DNA of 45,686 nucleotides, from contig SNRW01000012.1 of assembly GCA_008636045.1 (NCBI GenBank), forward strand, positions 1 through 45,686, given 5' to 3'. Position 1 is the first letter of the stretch. Every line of letters starts with the position of its first letter. Below the pieces are notes generated by a model. That model ran no database searches, was not told where the DNA came from, and was given only the letters and a program-made list of their open reading frames with translations. The translations under genes were made by a program, and so were the position numbers. Of this stretch, positions 12,772 to 28,400 are shown in pieces. The stretch is from Streblomastix strix. Lineage: Eukaryota.

Positions 12772-13454
12772 TATAAATTAATATAAAAAATAATGATTAA
12801 GTTTAATGTTGTAGAGAATTAAGAGAAGTTTTTTAAGAAATAAAAATTATCAGTGAAAATATTTTTTTAATCTAATTAATTCTAGAGAAGTTTTCCTTTG
12901 AAATTAGTTTGTGTGATAATTTTATATAAAAATATTATATTAATTTTTATATTATAACCTTCTGATTTTGAGATATTAATTATTCTTAATATGGAAATTT
13001 CTGTCTGGTCGCGGAACATTAACTACTTATAAAATATGATATCTCGAATAAATTTACTTGGATATATTTATTAAGTTTAAATTTTAATTATGAATCAGAT
13101 AATGTAATAGAAAATTAGCATATTGTGCTGATTTTTTCAATAATGTAAAAATACTCTTCAGTATGAATGCAGAAATAAATTTTAAATAATAAATTAGTAT
13201 TTATATGCATTAATAAAGATTAAATATTCAAAATTAAGATTTTTCATAGTCAGACAAATGAAAACGAACCTGTTTAATTTTTATCCATTTTCGAATTATA
13301 TCGAAGAACAATTTAACATTAAAATATGTGATTATGATGTAAAATGAAACATTAAATTAAAAAATGATAACAGTTTAACAAAATATTAGATTTATTAAAG
13401 TAAACAGGTGTTGAAAAAGTTTTACTCTTATTAAAACACTCATAATACTTACAA

Positions 13455-16299
13455 TCAATAATAATCTTCATTATCTTCATAATCATCCTACTAATTAAAC
13501 ATCTATCCTCCACCATGCATCAAATTCCAATATTGTTCATCACTCAGCTGGTTAATCCCATAATCTGGGTCATATCCAACTCCAATATGAAACTGATCAT
13601 CTTCATCTTCACTTTCTTCTTCATCCATAATTCCATGCAGAATAAAATGCTGAAATTTAACATTCTTTGGATCCATATAATTATTGTCAATTAAAAACTT
13701 CAGTTTCTTGGCTCTAAAACGAACATGGCCCCATTAATTCCTCTTTCTTCTGTACAAATGACATTCACATTCCTCAATTATTCCAAATTCTTCAATTAAT
13801 TCATCAGATTATTTCTTCATTTCTGGTTATTTTTGGAATAATAATCTTCCATTACAAAACCCATAATAAAAATTAGTGAGTATTATAATGGCTTCTTCTA
13901 TTACTCGATTAAATATCTCACCACTACTTGAACCAAATACATCTGAAATTTCTCTTATAAATCCATCTGTTATTAATTTCTATTAACATTCAATTCCGCC
14001 TTATTAAATAATACATCCTAAGCATTATATACTCTGCCTTCTAAAATTATATGGTTTCTAATTATCAAAATTATAATGCTAATCATTTCTAACATATTCA
14101 TTTCTTTTGTATTTCATAATCTTTAACATTGAAGTTAGAAATTCAGGAGTAAAAGAAGCAATTTCAGATCCATCTCGATTGTTATCTAAGAAAGTATGAA
14201 TGAAAGGAATTAATTCTGAAATTACATCAAAAGAAATTGATGTAGAAGACAATTAAACTTCTTTGTTATTTTCTTATTACCCATGAAATGAACTACTTTA
14301 TAAGAAAGATGCCAACATTGGAGCAACATTTGCAAAAATTCCATGTTTCTCCATAAGATGAACTCTAACTTCATTATAAACAATAAGTCTTTCAAACATT
14401 CCAAAGACTTACGAATGGAACTGAATGGAAAACTAATCTATTGGAATAGCTATATTACGAGTGCATTTCAATGCCATACAGTTGAGATGTAGAAAAGGTG
14501 ATATGTATTCATGCAATTTAACTTCTTTAACGAAATAATCCAGAGCATTATTCATTTTGTCCTGTGATAAGAACTTGAAGCATTTAAAAGTCTCCAAACA
14601 ACTTGCAATAATGTCTTATTGTTCTTGTTCTTACAGTTAATTATAACACTTCAACTTCTCAACAATCGCATTCAAACTCTTTCTGATTACATTGGCACAT
14701 GTTTTCCTCAATGGTGAAACCTGGAGCTCACCAAATATCATCAATAAATATATTCTCACAAGTTGAATAGAAACATATGGGCTCAAATTGCCTGAATTTG
14801 TTTCTTATTTCTGAACCAATTCTCTGACTGAGCCAAAAAGACCAGCAAAGTGCATCACATCCAAATATACAGTCTTTGCAACATTATTTGCATCGTCAAT
14901 AATCATTTCAAACATTTGTGATGCCCGTAAACATATTATTTCGAGTACAACAAGAACATGCGTTTGAATCAAAGTGGTACAATTGCCAATTCCTTTCTTT
15001 AAACTAGTGAATAATTTAAAATCTAACAAAGGTTTAAGATTCTTGTTATTCATTGTCTGAATCTTCGATAATAATTACAACAATATGAAAATTTTCTATT
15101 CTAAAGATAAAACAGTTGAATTTGTAACCAAATCAATTTCTCCAGCTGGATTAATAAGTTCAATGCTATCACTTCTTTTACTGTCCAATTCCTGCATTTA
15201 AAACCATTCTTTTTATTTCTTTAATTGTTTCATTATTTCATCTTCGTGATCTTTGAAGTAATTTTCATTATCTTAGCCACTCTTATTTTGAACTTATTTT
15301 CCCTCAACTTTTTATTTACTCTTATTATTATTCTTATTATTCATATTAACTTATTCCTTATATTTCTTCTCTCTCCAATATTCTTCTTCTTCCTCTTCTT
15401 CTTATTCCTCTTATTCCATCTATTCAAAATTAATGTCATATTCATCAGGAGCTGGTTCATATCTAACTCCTTTCCTTTCAAGAGTATCAAGAATAAGACT
15501 CGCTTTTTATGATATTTGTTATTTCCCTTATCGTTTATCTTCTTCTTTTTTAATTAATATGTGAAGAATATCTCTGAAATCTTCTGGATTAACTCCACTG
15601 TTTATGAGATGGATTATTATATCTAGAATGTTAAGTTGGATTTGCTCTTCGGTTCGGAAATTGCCCTTGATTAAGTTGTGTTATTTTAAAATGATCAAAT
15701 ATATATGTAATATTAAATTATATAGATAATATTAATAATTTTTTATAATGTATCAAAAATACCAAATCATTGATAGCTGAATCAACAAATCCACTTTTCA
15801 TAATTGAGACTCGAAATTGAGATGATTTCTTTATAAGAGTTATAAGTACTTTTATAACAACATTAGATTATTCAATAGATTTCTAAATATATATAAAAAA
15901 TAAAATAAAGTAATAAAAATATTCTAAAGTAGTTATATGAGAAAGTATACTGTAAGGCTGGAAATCATAACTGTGCGAATGAGATCGATTGTGGAAGAAG
16001 TACAATTTGAGTCTATAATTAGATAATAATTAAATATGTATGTCTAATATATTTGTATAAAGAATCAAACCTTATAAAATCATATTAACAGCTTTTTAAG
16101 AAGCTTTATTTAACTTTTCAATGTTTGATGAGTGAAGATCATTAACCAGCAAAGCAATTTGAGCTTCCTAAATAAGATATTATATTTGTAAATAATTTTT
16201 TGTTTAAGAAAATATTTAAATTTTGAGTAATACCCTTGGAATATCATCTTATTCGTTATTTATTTCACTCGATTAGTTTGTAGAATTTACTTTGGACAT
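13455..16299 (-). CDS. lineage-specific ARM/HEAT-like helical repeat protein (paralogue 1), ~851 aa
   Basis: Open frame with TAR=Gln; exons 16299-16234, 16167-16071, 16012-15951, 15882-15763, 15665-13455; family motifs PFLHLNC, VFGSSSG, LIEEFGIIEE; acidic C-terminal tail. Confidence 0.8.
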
Positions 16300-17253
16300 G
16301 CTATTAAAAATATGCTAATTTATAAGTAAATATATATAATTAAGTAAAAAATTATATTATTTTTTAAAAATTAGAATAATATTATTTCACAATATACAAT
16401 AAAATAGTGTTTTATTTTGATCTTTTAAGTTTATATTAGAAAATCATTTATTGAATACAAAATTAAATATTCTATATTAAATATAGATACAATTGCGTAT
16501 AAATATATACTTGATTAAAATTTATTTTTAAAATCTGATTTGTATTTGTAAAATTAAGTGAAAAAACAGAATAAACATAAAAAAACTCAAAACATTTTTT
16601 ATGGTTGCTATGATCATTATAATAAAAAATAAGTAAATAATTCAAATTAAGTATGCATTTTTCATAGTATTTAGTAATTAAATTTTGTTCAGTAACTGTT
16701 TTTATGGCTGTAAATTAGTTTTTATTTTTGGATATTTTTTTATCATATATATTATAATATTGGAAGAAAATATTAATTATAACGATAAAAAATATTATTA
16801 TACAAACAAGCAACTAAATATTGCAGTTATATATCAAGATTTCTATTAAAAATTTAATAGTATAAATTGGCCTAGCTTGCAAAGTCCGAGCTAACGATTA
16901 TGTTAATTTATACATTTTTTACTTAAATATTTACAATTACAATACATTATATTACCAATTCAAAATATTCAACAATCTTAGATTTATACCAAAATTCAAA
17001 AAGAAAAACGCTCATATATCACTGGATACATGAAATAAATTAATTTTACAAAACGAAAAGCGCAGTTTTATATAATATTAAATACATTTAAAATGAATTA
17101 TATAACAATCATACTGTTCACACTTTGGTAATTAATACTTATTTTTTAATTTTTTGAAAAAGCGTTTTTTTTTGATAAATAGCTTATTTATTCTAATTTT
17201 ATGATTAGAATTTATTAATATTAATATCATTTTACATTTTTCTACAGAAAAAA

Positions 17254-19630
17254 ATGGGGAACATACTGTTTAAAAAGACTGCTGAAATATCTTGTGGCAA
17301 AGCCCAAGAAAAGCTGAAAATAGTGTTTGTTAATGATGACAATTTGGGATAGCGAATGTATTTAGAAGGAATTAGTGATCGTACGACCATGGATTTTGTA
17401 GCCAAATTCGTTATGAATTAACTCAAAGCCAAGGCAATGGACATTAGTTTCGTATCTGAGTACAGCAAAGCAATGAAATTATATACAAATCGCAAGAAAG
17501 TCACTGGAGATGGAGTAAAATCAAGTGTTGAAGCTGTTTCTGGGTTCTTAACTACTGGGGTTACCTGCAGTGTAGATTCCTGTGTTGCAGCTGATTGTGT
17601 TCGTATAAGAATTGACAAACGATCTAAATTCGTTGATATTCCATATCGTTCAGAAGACACTGTATTAGATCTGAAGAAGAAGATTCTTGTTTCATCTTAG
17701 ATACCAACTGAGAATCAACTTATGAAGTTTGAAGATAAAGTTTTGACAAATAAACTGAAGATGACACAAATAGGAATTGAATAATATGATGAAGTTTGGA
17801 TTCATACATATCCATGATTCTTATCAATATTGATGCCAAATGGAGAGAAAGTTCGTTTGGCTGTGTAGAACTAAGATACATTTGGAGAAGTATGTTCTTA
17901 AGCATGCAAAGAAGCTTAAATAGATTCAGATGGAGTTACTCTGCTATACAATAGTAGTTCTATTGAATAAAATACATTAATGGGCGAACTAGATATTGAT
18001 TTGGAAAATGAAAATTAATTCACTTCAAAAAGTCCTCAAATATACATTCACGTCAACATAAATGATTAAAAGAAGATAAATCTTGAATTTAAGACAATAG
18101 AAACAATTGAAACAGTGAAATAGAAGATTCAATCAGTTGAATCAATCTCTCCAGATTAACAGGTATTATCATTTAATGGTACTTAACTTGAAGATGAAAA
18201 GACTTTAGAATAATGTAATATCCATAATTTAGATACATTGAATCTTCAAATCGACAAATATCGAGTTACTGTTAAAAGTCCAACCTAACTATATCATTAG
18301 AATAATCATATGATGATTTTACTCTTTATTCAGATAATGAATGAAGAAAAGAGAATTTAGGTAAGAGTTAAAGGAAAAGATACAATAAAGAGATTAATGA
18401 TTGAAATATAAGGTCGAGAAGGAATATTTGCAAATGAACAGAGATTATCATTTGGTGGTATTTAACTTGATGAATTGAAAACATTAGAAGATTACAATAT
18501 CCAAACAGGATCTACTGTTGAACTTTAGATAGAATCTACTCAAATAACCAATAATTAACAGAAGTAAGAATAATAATCTAAAGATAATATTCAGATCTTT
18601 GTGAAACTTATATCTGGAAAGACGATTACATTTAATGTAAGTTTGAATGATTCTATTGAAGATGTTAAGCAGATGATACAAAGGAATGAAAAGATGCCAA
18701 TTAATGAATATCGATTGAGTATTGGTGGAAGATAACTTGAAGATGGACATAAATTATAAGAATATGACATCCATCAATTCTCAACAATTGATCTTTAGTT
18801 AAGATTACTTGGAGGATAACCACCCAAATTACTAATGAACTTAGAATAATCAAATGAAATGACTCAGTTGAATTGGAAGAATGGTGGACCTCGATGGAGA
18901 GCAGCAGCATCAGGATTATCTGTTGAAGGGAGATGCAATAATGAGTCATGCATAGCTAATGGGAAATTAGTTATATATATTGCTGGATACTGTGATTTCG
19001 ATATGCTGAAGAGTGAAGCATTCTGCCCAATGTGCAAATAATCTATTATTCCAGTAACTCCAGGATTCTCATAATGCCTTTGGCGTATAATGTATAAGAA
19101 GAAAAGTGGAAAAGTGACTAAACTTCCTTGGTTGAAGACAGCATCTGAATATAAGACATTCAGATAAGAAGAATCAGGTGGAGTTGAATATGATAGACTT
19201 GTAATAAATGCAAGAGAATTAGCACCAGCAAAGAAAACTTCTCCAAAAGAAGAATAGCCTGAACAACAGCAATAGAAGCCAAGTGATGAAGATATTGTTG
19301 TTCATATTGTAGCAGATTGTGGATTATGCATGAAATCAATGGTAGCTACTGATGAAAATGTAGTAGTATTGAAGTATGAATTATTATTATTTATAATATA
19401 ACTAAATATATATCAATTATAAATTCTATATAATATTATTAATTTTATTATAATATTAATTTTAGGTGTGGTCATTTCTTTCACGCTGTATGCATAATTC
19501 ATATTTTTTAATTAAACTCAAATTTATCTTTGATTTATATTTTTTTCATTAGTTATGCGCTCAGGTTTGGATTGATCGCAAATTACCATGCCCACATTGT
19601 GATTAACCGATGATAGAAAATAAAGCTTGA
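17254..19630 (+). CDS. multi-ubiquitin-like domain protein with Cys-rich domain and C-terminal RING-H2 (~739 codons; one internal TGA)
   Basis: Five Ubl repeats, the last FQIFVKLISGKTITF...GRQLEDGHKLQEYDIHQFSTIDLQLRLLGG; then PRWRAAASGLSVEGRCNNESC...CPMC...GFSQCLW; then CGLC...CGHFFHALC..W...CPHC. Exons 17254-19373, 19466-19487, 19553-19630. Confidence 0.88.
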
Positions 19631-20222
19631 ATTAATTTGTAAGAAATAATGACATTGAAAAGCAAATGATGATGTATAGAAAATACAACACCGAAATAAA
19701 GGTGAAGAAGAATGATAATATATTAGAATATTCAAATTAAATTGATTTCTCAGTTAATAAGCACTCCATAAACACTTTCATTCATAATTTAGGGTGAGTA
19801 TAATAGTATAATAATAATAATAATAATATAATTTTATATTAGTGTTTAAACTAATTTTACTGATTTTTTTATCAAAACAAAATCGATATAATGTTGTCAC
19901 ATGATCCGATGTATCACTAGTATTAAATAATGAATCTACAAATTTGTTTTATATTTTAATATAAATATCAGAGTTTATTTATTTATTTTACAACTAGAGA
20001 TTACATGATTAACTTAATAAAATCACTCTAAAGGATATGCAAATGCGAGAATTTGATATTAAAAACGAACAAAGAATTATCGGAATAATGAGAATGCAAA
20101 TATCCTTTATCAAAGTTATCTTAATAGGAATTCTGTTGCATATTTTTAATATAATGTAAATTATCAATAGAATTAATAAATTTAATAAATCTATTGTATA
20201 TTTAAAAGATTATTCATACCAA

Positions 20223-21788
20223 TCAATAATCTACGCTATAATAACCATTTGTTTTATTAATAAATATGTTAATAACCCATTACCTTATTTATTTTATTTT
20301 AAAAATTAGTGTTCTTTCATTATAATTAGGCTTTTTTATGTATTATCGTGAATATAATTCTTCCAAAGCTCCCTCTTCTTCAAACTATTCTGTAATTTTT
20401 TGCATTTCATCGAATAATTTACCTTCATGTCTCATATAAAAACGAATGTAATCAAAAAATTATTCAAGGAATTTAAATGCAACTAGTATGGCCATGTTAT
20501 TAGTCTCATGACTACCACCACAAGTTCCAATTACCCTGACAACAGTAGAAGTGAATATATTATCTTTAACGAGTTGGCTTACAGCACTATCTCCATTTAC
20601 TCTGGTAAGATGGAACAGACATCTTATACTATTCAATCTAATGCCGGTAGATATCAAGTATCTTTATATGTCTTAATTTAGATTGAAATTAACATTGAAC
20701 AATGCCAGAGATGATAAAGACTTAAGTAAGTCAGGAAAATGATCAAATTTAGATGATATAATGGCTAAATGGTTGAGTAAGAATCGAAAATAAGAAAGGG
20801 CATGAGAAATATTATAGTGAAATGAATCTAATAATGAAAGTTGATCCACATTCTCATTATTGCTTTATTTGCTTGATGATTAATATTGAGCATAGGTATT
20901 AATAATGTATTATGCAACAAAAAATTTTTCTTCATCTTCTTCAAAAATGTGAATGTATGCATGTTTTGAACTTGACATATAAAAGATTGTCAATAATAAA
21001 ACTTAACGGAAATTGACAACAGTTGGAGTATCAGGAAGAAAATTGAAAATTGAGAATTATTTTCCTCTTGTCCAGTTTATATGAATGAGTTATTTGAACT
21101 ATTTTAATATTTTTGTTATATTTGTAATGTAATTTAAATTAATTGAATTAATATAGGAAATGCAATGTAATGTTTATGAGCTCATATTCAAAATATTCTC
21201 AAAGTCTTGATCAATTTAATCTTATTTGATTATTTCCTATTTCATTTTCCCATATCTTTTCTAAAATACATTATTTAGTTCTATAATATTCTCTTCAATA
21301 ATTCCTATACATATTTTCAATTTTTATTTTGCAAAATACTAACCTCTCATGATTTATAGATAAATTCGAACAAGATGTATTAAAATGCCAACAAAAGGTT
21401 GATTACAAGTTTCTGTACCAACTTTCTTTTATTTCTCAATTAATAAACTCCAAATCTTTGCAGGCAGACCTACATTATGCATTGTATCAAAAAACCTGTT
21501 ATGTTGACCAAGCGTATAATTCTCTGCCCCATAAGATGCTACAATCTCTAAATAATCAAGCAAAGCATGTTGCAATTCAGTAGAACAATTTCCAATATTA
21601 TTGCAAATTGATTTGCTTATTAGAAATATTTATATTTACTTATTATCTTCATCATTGTGGAGTATTTCCGGAATACAAAGATTACATAGTTAGCGAATGA
21701 GAGTTATTTTTTCCTTTTCAGAAAGAGTATCCTGTTTTAAAATTGAATCTAATTCTAATATAACTTTTTGTTTGGCGTCTTTTTCCAT
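20223..21788 (-). CDS. lineage-specific ARM/HEAT-like protein (paralogue 2), ~521 aa, single exon
   Basis: Continuous frame with TAR=Gln; motifs LVRIYL, LIHINW, VIGTCGGSHE, EQFEEEGALEEL. An upstream coding exon cannot be excluded. Confidence 0.8.
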
Positions 21789-22408
21789 CGATTTTATTTC
21801 AGAATACAATGATATCTATTAAACAAAATATAAAAAATTTATTAAAATTTATTTGTAATTAACATTAATTATTATTTATAATGATATTTGATGAATAGGG
21901 CGCACACAAAATTGATTAATATTTTGTTAGGCTGTTCTCCACGGATAATGTGTAAGTGATACAATATTAATATGTTTTAGATTAAACAAGTCACTTTAAT
22001 CAATTTTATAATCTATAATGCATGTAAATTGACATAATTATTTTTATATTTGTATGATCTCGATCCATAAGAACAAACATTTATATAATAATAATAATTT
22101 TTGTATTAATAATATCCAAATCTATTTTAATAAACAATTCAATATTTATTTGGTTAGGCCAGCCACAACAATTTGACCGAAATTTCTAATCAATAAAATG
22201 CTCGAAACTACAAGAATAGTTATAAATTATCATTTTAATTCACATTTTTTATTTAAATTGTCAGAATTTTATATAATTAATTCAAAATATTTGTATTTTA
22301 TGAACAATTCAATAATAAATATAACATTTTTTTACATTCACTCAATCGTTTTCACATTGATTAGTGTGTAATATTTAACATATGTGTTTTAAATATATTT
22401 AAGGTTAT

Positions 22409-25400
22409 ATGGCGAGAACATTTATTGCTGAAACACCCTATGAAATCTACGATTTCACAAACGTGACGCCATTTGAAGAAAATGTAACTAAAGTTGAGAA
22501 AGAACTACGATTATTAAACCTTCCGAACTACGTAGATATAACACACAATTTATAATTCATTGATAAAACCGATTAGAATATATAAATAAATCTAAAGTCT
22601 GGATCCGTAATTCTACACTATATAAATAAAGAGCCATTCTAATTTATTATTAAAGGTTATTTTATTATTATTTTATTTTATTTTGAATTTATTTTTCACT
22701 TTTTATCCACATTCAGACAATCTTCCTTCCAATATACTGAGTATTTCTGATAATATTCTGATTGACTATAATGAATAATAAAACAAAAATAAACGATTAT
22801 TTAAATAAACGAATGAATTATAAAGAAAAAATGTTAATAATTAATTCAGTAATAATAATGATAATAATAATATAATTGAAAATATAGAACGATTCTTCGG
22901 AATTTCTAATTTTTTATTTGTTTAACCTTCAAAATCAATTTAAGTGAATGAAAAAGAAAATATTAATGAAATTAAAATGAAAACAGAATTAAATGTAAAT
23001 AAATAATATTAATCGTAAGAATAATCATAAATATATTAATAATTAGAAATAAATAACAATAACATTAATGAGAAGCAGAATAATAAATATATAATCAAAC
23101 AACAGAAGTTAGAATAAGAGAAAGATTTATATAATCCACATACTTTGATGTCAATAATGAGTTTAGCTATTAGAAATAATGGATCGATTATTCCATGTTT
23201 TGTAATTAATGATAATAATAATTAAAATGGAAAATAAGGTTTTAAGAAATAAGAATATGAAATTGATGATAATAATGAAAATGAAGAATATAAAGAAGAT
23301 ATAATTAAATAATAAACCGGTAATTCAATTAATAATTATTTGGGAATATTTAATTCCTAACTCGGATTTATTTATAGATTCCAAACGGAGATTATTCATC
23401 TGCCTCATTACAAACAATTATTATAATTATAGTAAGTATAATAATAATTAGAAGAAGAAGAATAAAATAATGAAATAGACATTTAAGTTGATAAAAATAA
23501 ATCTAGATAAGTGAAGATAAATAGCAATTTATAAAATAATACGTTCAATGAAATCACATCAAATAAATAGCATTAAACAAACAAGTAGTTAATAAATAAT
23601 TAATATCAATAAAAATCATCAAAAAATACATTATCATATAATTCATCTTCATCATAACTAAACTCATTCTTTCCGTTTCCACTTAATTCACCTCATTAAA
23701 TCCCCATTAAACTGATATTGCAGACATTTTATAGGAAATTAATGAATGGAAGAACATCAAATAGCAGAAACATAAGAAATAGAATATTAAATAATAATTA
23801 AGAATAATTATTACTAAAATAATCTAGTACTGTAAAATCTAATTAAATCGCACCATTTCAAAGAGAATTAAAATATTTCTCAGTTCAGATCTCACACACT
23901 TTCATTCGTAGTTCGAAGAGTTTCATACTTTTCAAACAAAGGGAAGAATTTATAAGAAAAAGAAAAGTGGAAAGGATCAGACTTTGGATGAAAGAAATAA
24001 AGATAAGAAAACAGAAAGATAAAAATACTATGAAAAGGAAATTGAATAATAAATAAGATAATAGTAATGAATTAATGAAAGATGAAGATGATGAGGAGAT
24101 ATAATTGAATATTGAGAATGATAGTAAATATATGACTGGATAAGAATAAGAACTAAATTTCTATTTTAATGTATATATATTATATGCATTAAATAATGAA
24201 GGATATGGATAATTTCGTATTGATTGCATACCTCCTTATTCATTTATATTAAATTCTTAATCAGAATCATTTATTAATTATCTTATTAATGAATGCCTTC
24301 CTAAATCAATATGGAATAATTTAATTGAGAATGAAAGTACATACAATGAGTATTAAAATGAAGAATAATTGTAATTAATTTAACAATAAAAATAATAAAC
24401 AGAAAAGTAATCACCAAATTTAATTGATAATAATAATATTAAGCTCAGATTCAAAGCATTACTTAGTGATAATCTTACAGATAAATATACTGAATTGTAT
24501 AAGTTTAATGAAATTGATGAAGAATTTGAAGAAAAAGAATAATTGGATAAAACTGAAAACATTAAAAATATCAACAAACCATAAACACCTCAAAAAACTC
24601 CAACACATTCACGAAATAACTCATTTACTTTATATAGACTTGATTCACTGTCAAATACTAGAACTGCTTCCACATTATAATCATCATAATAATATTAGCA
24701 ATAATAATAATCCAATTAATTGTCAGTTAAATGGGGTTTGCATTAAGGAGAGAATGAAGATGAAGATATTAGTGATAACGAAGATGAAGGAAAAGATGAT
24801 AACAGTAGCTAAGATTAGGACGATGAAGAAGATGATAAAGAGTCTAATAATACAAATAAATAAAGGAAATTGAATAATGAGAAAGAACAAGAAAATGACT
24901 CTGTGAGTGAAGATGAATAATAGTCAGTATAAATAATTGAGAATAAAAGAATATCAGATCCAATTGAAAGTGCATAGTTATATATTGTAATTGATGGAAT
25001 GAATGAAAACTAAAATAAAAAGAATAAAATGAACAAAGATATAAAGTAAACTAACATTGAATAATAAATTAATAAAACTCCGAAAAGAATACCAATATTT
25101 TTAACAGATAATAATTGCAATGAAAATGAAATGAAAAAACCAATCACATCATTTTTACTATCAAGAGTTAGTGCAAATAATGATTAAGAATTAGCGAAAG
25201 ATAAAAATGATAATAATATTGATATTATAAGTGGAGAAAAAGGTATAAAGCAAAGAACTTTCAAGAAGAAAGAAGATGTTTTATATGAATTAGATTAAGA
25301 AACAATTGAAAATAAGACCAAATAATCAGAAACCGATTTTTCAACATTTCATTCATCGTGGTACATTCATTTTATTCCTTTTTCAAACACATCTTCTAAT

Positions 25401-28400
25401 TAACAATAATAATCTCAATTATATTCAATTACATTATACACTATTGTATTTTTCAATCTTTGTAAAAGAGGAATTTAATATAACGATGGAAATGAAATTG
25501 TAAAAGGTATGAAGTAAATTTAATTAGAGAAATAATATTAATTTATAAATAATAATAATAATTAATTTAATTAGATTTTTTTCATAATTACTTTTTCGTT
25601 TTGCATCTTCACATTTTAGAATAAGATTATTTAAATAGTGAGATCTAAGAATTTGTGAGAATTGCGACTCGTGAAATGAAATAACAAGTATTTTATTCTG
25701 AAATAATGAAAGAAGCAGAATAATTTATGAATAACGGAATAAATATGATAAATACAAATAATACCAAAAATCATGAATTAAAAAATTTGAATAGTAATGA
25801 AAAATAAGGAGAAAATAAGGAAACAAAATATAATATAAATTAGTAAAATTAATAATCATAACTATAATAGCAAAATTCATTTCAAACTCCAACATAAACA
25901 AGATCATTAAACTCATAGTAACAAATTCTTCGATAATCTTTGTCTTCATCATCAATTACTTCACAAACACCAATTAAACAATAATTATCATCATTATAAT
26001 CACCAAATTAATCATAAATGCAATCCTCAATACAATCATCACGCTCTTTTTCATCTATTTCATCTTCTCCATCAATTAAGAATTCATTCTGGGATTAGTT
26101 TTCACTCACTTTTAAATCTGATAAATTATTTTCATATCTTTTCCCATATTAATTCTTCATTTCATTCCCAAATGATGTTTATTCTTTATTCTAAATGATA
26201 TAATAATCATTGTCATAATTTTCACAACAATTTGGATCTTCATCTTCTTTGACTTCTAAATTAATTCAATCATCTTCTTCATTAATATCATCTCAATCTT
26301 AAATATTAACAATTATTTAATAATAATAATCACAATTATAATAATTAACTTCATCATATTCATCTCCATTTTATTCACTACTTTCTCGATTCTTATTGTT
26401 TACAATCAACCAGAAAGGAATAAAATTGAATGAAAATTTCCTTTTCATTTCATTTAGACTATTTTTATAAGAAATTAACTTTTATTTCAAGAAATCACAA
26501 CCACTTCCTCATCTAAGATCAACAATAATGCTAAATTTTGCGGAAAAGAAATAAAATTAATATTTTAGAATAAATATTTATGATAAAAGTAAATTAAACG
26601 AAAAAGATTTAAATTAAGATTAAGATACCAAACAGAAACTAATAATGAAAGATAAATAATTGAGAGAAGAAATGAAATAATTCATCTTTGATATGAAAGA
26701 ACAAATTAAATAAAAACATATAAACAAGCAATAATTTACTTAATAATATATTCACACTAAACTACATGAAATAGAAAATAGAATATTTTATCCGTTTATT
26801 AATAAGAATGATTGTGATGTCCATCAGAAACTGGAAATTGTGTGATTATTTATTTAGATTTTTAATTTAACTTTATTTTTACTTTATTTATTCATAATTA
26901 TTCAATATATTTGTAGATTAATTATTGCATTTACATGAAAAGAGAAATGATGAGAAAGTAATAAGAAGAATTAAATAAACGCAATTTATTTTAAGAAGAA
27001 TCTAAAGAATATTAAATTTAAGAATAGAAATAAATTACTGGAAAATAGCTCTATTAAATGAATATAAATATTAATGAAGAATAATAATATAATGAATAAT
27101 AAGGAAACAAACAACAAACTTAACAAAAATCATTTTTTAAGACGTTATATAATTCAACAGTTTCTTATTTTACATCTTCATAAACATTATTATTATAATA
27201 ATTGTTTTGGATTCCAGAAACTGAAGATCCATAATTTTGGGTAGATGATGAAGATGATAAAAAAGAACAAGTATTGAAAGAATAATAATAAAGAAATATA
27301 GAATAAGATTAAAGTAATAAAAATATTAGAGAAAATGAAAATTAAAATTAAAAATAAAATGAAAAATAACTCTAGTTACTATTAATTAATATATATAATG
27401 ATATAATAAGCTATTTTTTAACTCCAAGAAATATAAACAAACTTCTTTAAGATATTAATGCATTCAAATCTGTTAATAATTTTGATTTTTTAATAACTTC
27501 TTCATAAATACAATCTCACTTGTCTTAATAATAATCTTCTTAACCATTAAAAAAATCATCATCTTCAATTATTACTTCCTAATCTAAATAATAATAATCT
27601 ACCATTTAGTAGTCTTAATTAAATCATTAATCATCATCTTAATTAGAAACTTCTTAGTAATAACATCAATAACAATAAATGTCTTATTTGTTGTATTAAT
27701 AATTTGTATATTGGAGGTTTCCTGGAATAGAAATTAATAATGAAATGTTTATTGAAATGGATAAAAACGAGAGAAAAGCTAATTAAAACAAGAAGATACA
27801 AAAAGAAAGAACCAATTAATAAAAAGTGGTTATTAAAGAAGAATAAAATCCAATCTTTATACTTAAGAAACTCTGGGATTAAACAGACTAATAATAATAG
27901 CAATAATAATATCATTTCAATCCCTAATCATAATATGATAAAATAATGAATAAACTCAATTCATACAAACCATCTTCACTTTTTCCACAATTCTTCGGTA
28001 TTTGGGCGAATATTGCATTTTCTAGTCTTATTTATGGCTCACCGATGCTTTTATTTGAGAAATGGAGAGAAATAAATGAAATTAAAGGGAAGAATTAGAT
28101 AAAATAGGATGATAACATATTATAGATAAAAGAAGAATAAAGAAATAAAAGCCAAACTGAATTGAATTTAGATTAAATTTCTTCATAATAATCGCATACT
28201 TTGTCTGAAAATCTTTACAATTCACTTCAACAACTCATTCTCTCTCTTTTATTTCAATCAAAGTAAACAAATTAAAAGCAATTATAAGAATATCAATAAA
28301 ATAACTCAATAATTGAATAAAGAATGATCAAAAATATTGAGAAAGTTGAAAAAGAAATTGGATTCTAAAATTCAATTCTTTCTAAGCTCAGACTTTGTCC

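Noticed and set aside
21305..21343. 39-nt GT-AG intron in ARM paralogue 2
   Set aside because: It reads through in frame (GQYFAKQKLKICIG) and aligns in length with paralogue 1, so it is treated as coding.
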